Positions 62,673-64,000 of a stretch of DNA of 64,000 nt are shown here, piece after piece. The stretch is from positions 896,001 through 960,000 of the forward strand of contig JAVZJD010000001.1 of the NCBI GenBank assembly GCA_038870975.1, read 5' to 3'. Made by a program: the position numbers and the translations under genes. Within the stretch, counting starts at the first letter, position 1. Each line of letters starts with the position of its first letter. The DNA comes from Candidatus Bathyarchaeia archaeon (lineage in GTDB: Archaea > Thermoproteota > CALKCG01 > B24). The notes under the pieces are model-generated. The model had not been told where the DNA came from and did not search any database. It saw nothing but the letters and a program-made list of their open reading frames with translations.

Positions 62673-63869
62673 TTAGAGGCCGAAGTACTCATTGATCGGC
62701 TTCTGATAGGCTTCAACTCTACCCTCTAAAACATCCGTATATTTTACAGGCTGGCCTAAGTAGGCAGATTCATATATCGATTCACATATGGCCTTAGCCT
62801 TAAGCCCTTCCTCACCGTCGACTTCAGGCTTCCTCTTATTCTCAACGGCATCTAGGAAATCGTAGCATTCTATGAATACTCCATTCATGATGCCGTATGG
62901 GAAGAGCCTCCTCTTCCCTTCACTGTCTAGAGAGCTTAAATATTCTCTTTCAAGCTCTCTCATAGAGTATGTAATCTTCTTAGGCCCGTCTTGGATTATG
63001 ATTTCAGCGTTGTCAAATGGACCGTGAAAAACGTCGCCGTGGTCCAGTAAGCATCCTCTACTACCGTAGTGTACAACGTTGGTGTAGCTGTACCCTGGGG
63101 CTGCTATAGTCCAGCTCCAAGTACATATTAAGCCGTTTTTGAAGGTTATCATAGCTATCCAAGTGTCTTCCCGCTCATCGTAAACTATCCTGTCGCCTTT
63201 CTTATGAGGCCACTTTTCAAACTGTGTTACTCTAGCGTATACTGTCTCAGGGTCTCCATATAGGTATCTCAAGGTATCGGCGAAGTGTGCCCCACTATCC
63301 ATAACCATTCCTCCACCACCAAGCATTTTCTCAATTCTCCAATGCCAAACCCTCTCCTCGGATGGGTTTTCCCAGCCAGCGTGTTGAGCGAAGAATAGCC
63401 TAGGCTCTCCCAGCATTTTCCTCTCGTTTATAATCCAGTATGCCGTCCTCTGGCTTAAACCCCTTCTAACGTTCTCGGCTACTGCGACAATCTTATTATA
63501 CCTCTTGGCTGTCTCTATTACAGCCTTACTAGCCTTCACGGTTATTCCAAAAGGCTTCTCAACCATTACGTTTGCACCAGCTTTTAAGCAGGCTATAGCG
63601 GCTTTATGATGCTCTGAGTGGGGTGTACAAATATCCACGGCATCAAGCGACTCCTTGGAAAGCATATCCTCTACACTACTGTAGACTCTTGGCTTAAAGT
63701 TTTGACTTTGAGCAGCAATATTAGCAAACTTTTCAGCCGAAGCCAACACGGGGTCGCACATAGCCGTAAACTCAAACTTCTCAGGCTCCCTCTGTTTAAT
63801 AGCCACGTAGGCTCTTAAATGGGCTTCAGCCATTCCTCCACATCCAACGATAGCGAGCCTCAAAACCAT
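62673..63869 (-). CDS. Gfo/Idh/MocA family oxidoreductase
   Basis: IVGCGGMA, ICTPHSEH, VEKP, DSGAH. Confidence 0.93.
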   Translation of the reverse strand: MVLRLAIVGCGGMAEAHLRAYVAIKQREPEKFEFTAMCDPVLASAEKFANIAAQSQNFKPRVYSSVEDMLSKESLDAVDICTPHSEHHKAAIACLKAGANVMVEKPFGITVKASKAVIETAKRYNKIVAVAENVRRGLSQRTAYWIINERKMLGEPRLFFAQHAGWENPSEERVWHWRIEKMLGGGGMVMDSGAHFADTLRYLYGDPETVYARVTQFEKWPHKKGDRIVYDEREDTWIAMITFKNGLICTWSWTIAAPGYSYTNVVHYGSRGCLLDHGDVFHGPFDNAEIIIQDGPKKITYSMRELEREYLSSLDSEGKRRLFPYGIMNGVFIECYDFLDAVENKRKPEVDGEEGLKAKAICESIYESAYLGQPVKYTDVLEGRVEAYQKPINEYFGL

Positions 63870-64000
63870 AATGACACATCAAACTCTTCATAGTTTTTGA
63901 TTTAATATAGCTTTCTATGAGGCCATATTTCAAAACACGGAAAAATAGTATCTACCTCTTGGTGGAAATAATCTATCCGTAGAAGATAGTCTTAAGTATT

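Overview
Archaeal (Thermoproteota/TACK, Bathyarchaeia-like by gene repertoire; inference) chromosomal window. 1-9 kb: surface-glycan/sugar-nucleotide genes, visibly AT-rich in the first ~5.5 kb. 9-11 kb: decayed accessory DNA (truncated vapBC, Cas4-like and Cdc6-like fragments). 11-12.6 kb: a 22-repeat CRISPR array with no cas genes in the window, plus a 2-repeat mini-array pointing the opposite way across a 122-bp leader-like interval. 13.8-37 kb: core genes (RNase P/proteasome/exosome superoperon, EtfAB + FAD oxidoreductase, RNase P RNA, two purP paralogs, two moeA, LysR, DUF362-UbiA-GT-C cluster, ilvC). 39.6-49 kb: accessory genes around tRNA-iMet and tRNA-His. 49-64 kb: tldDE, beta-CASP, LeuB-family and MFS genes mixed with mobile-element relics. 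Best leads: (i) the divergent CRISPR mini-array whose spacer matches 13 bp of nearby DNA; (ii) a protein-less IS200/IS605 element with an omegaRNA-like interior whose TCAA end supplies the tldE stop codon; (iii) three conserved genes that appear to start at TTC, CTG and TTA; (iv) iteron-like and nested palindromes near 58 kb. All product calls are from motif recognition by eye, not database searches.
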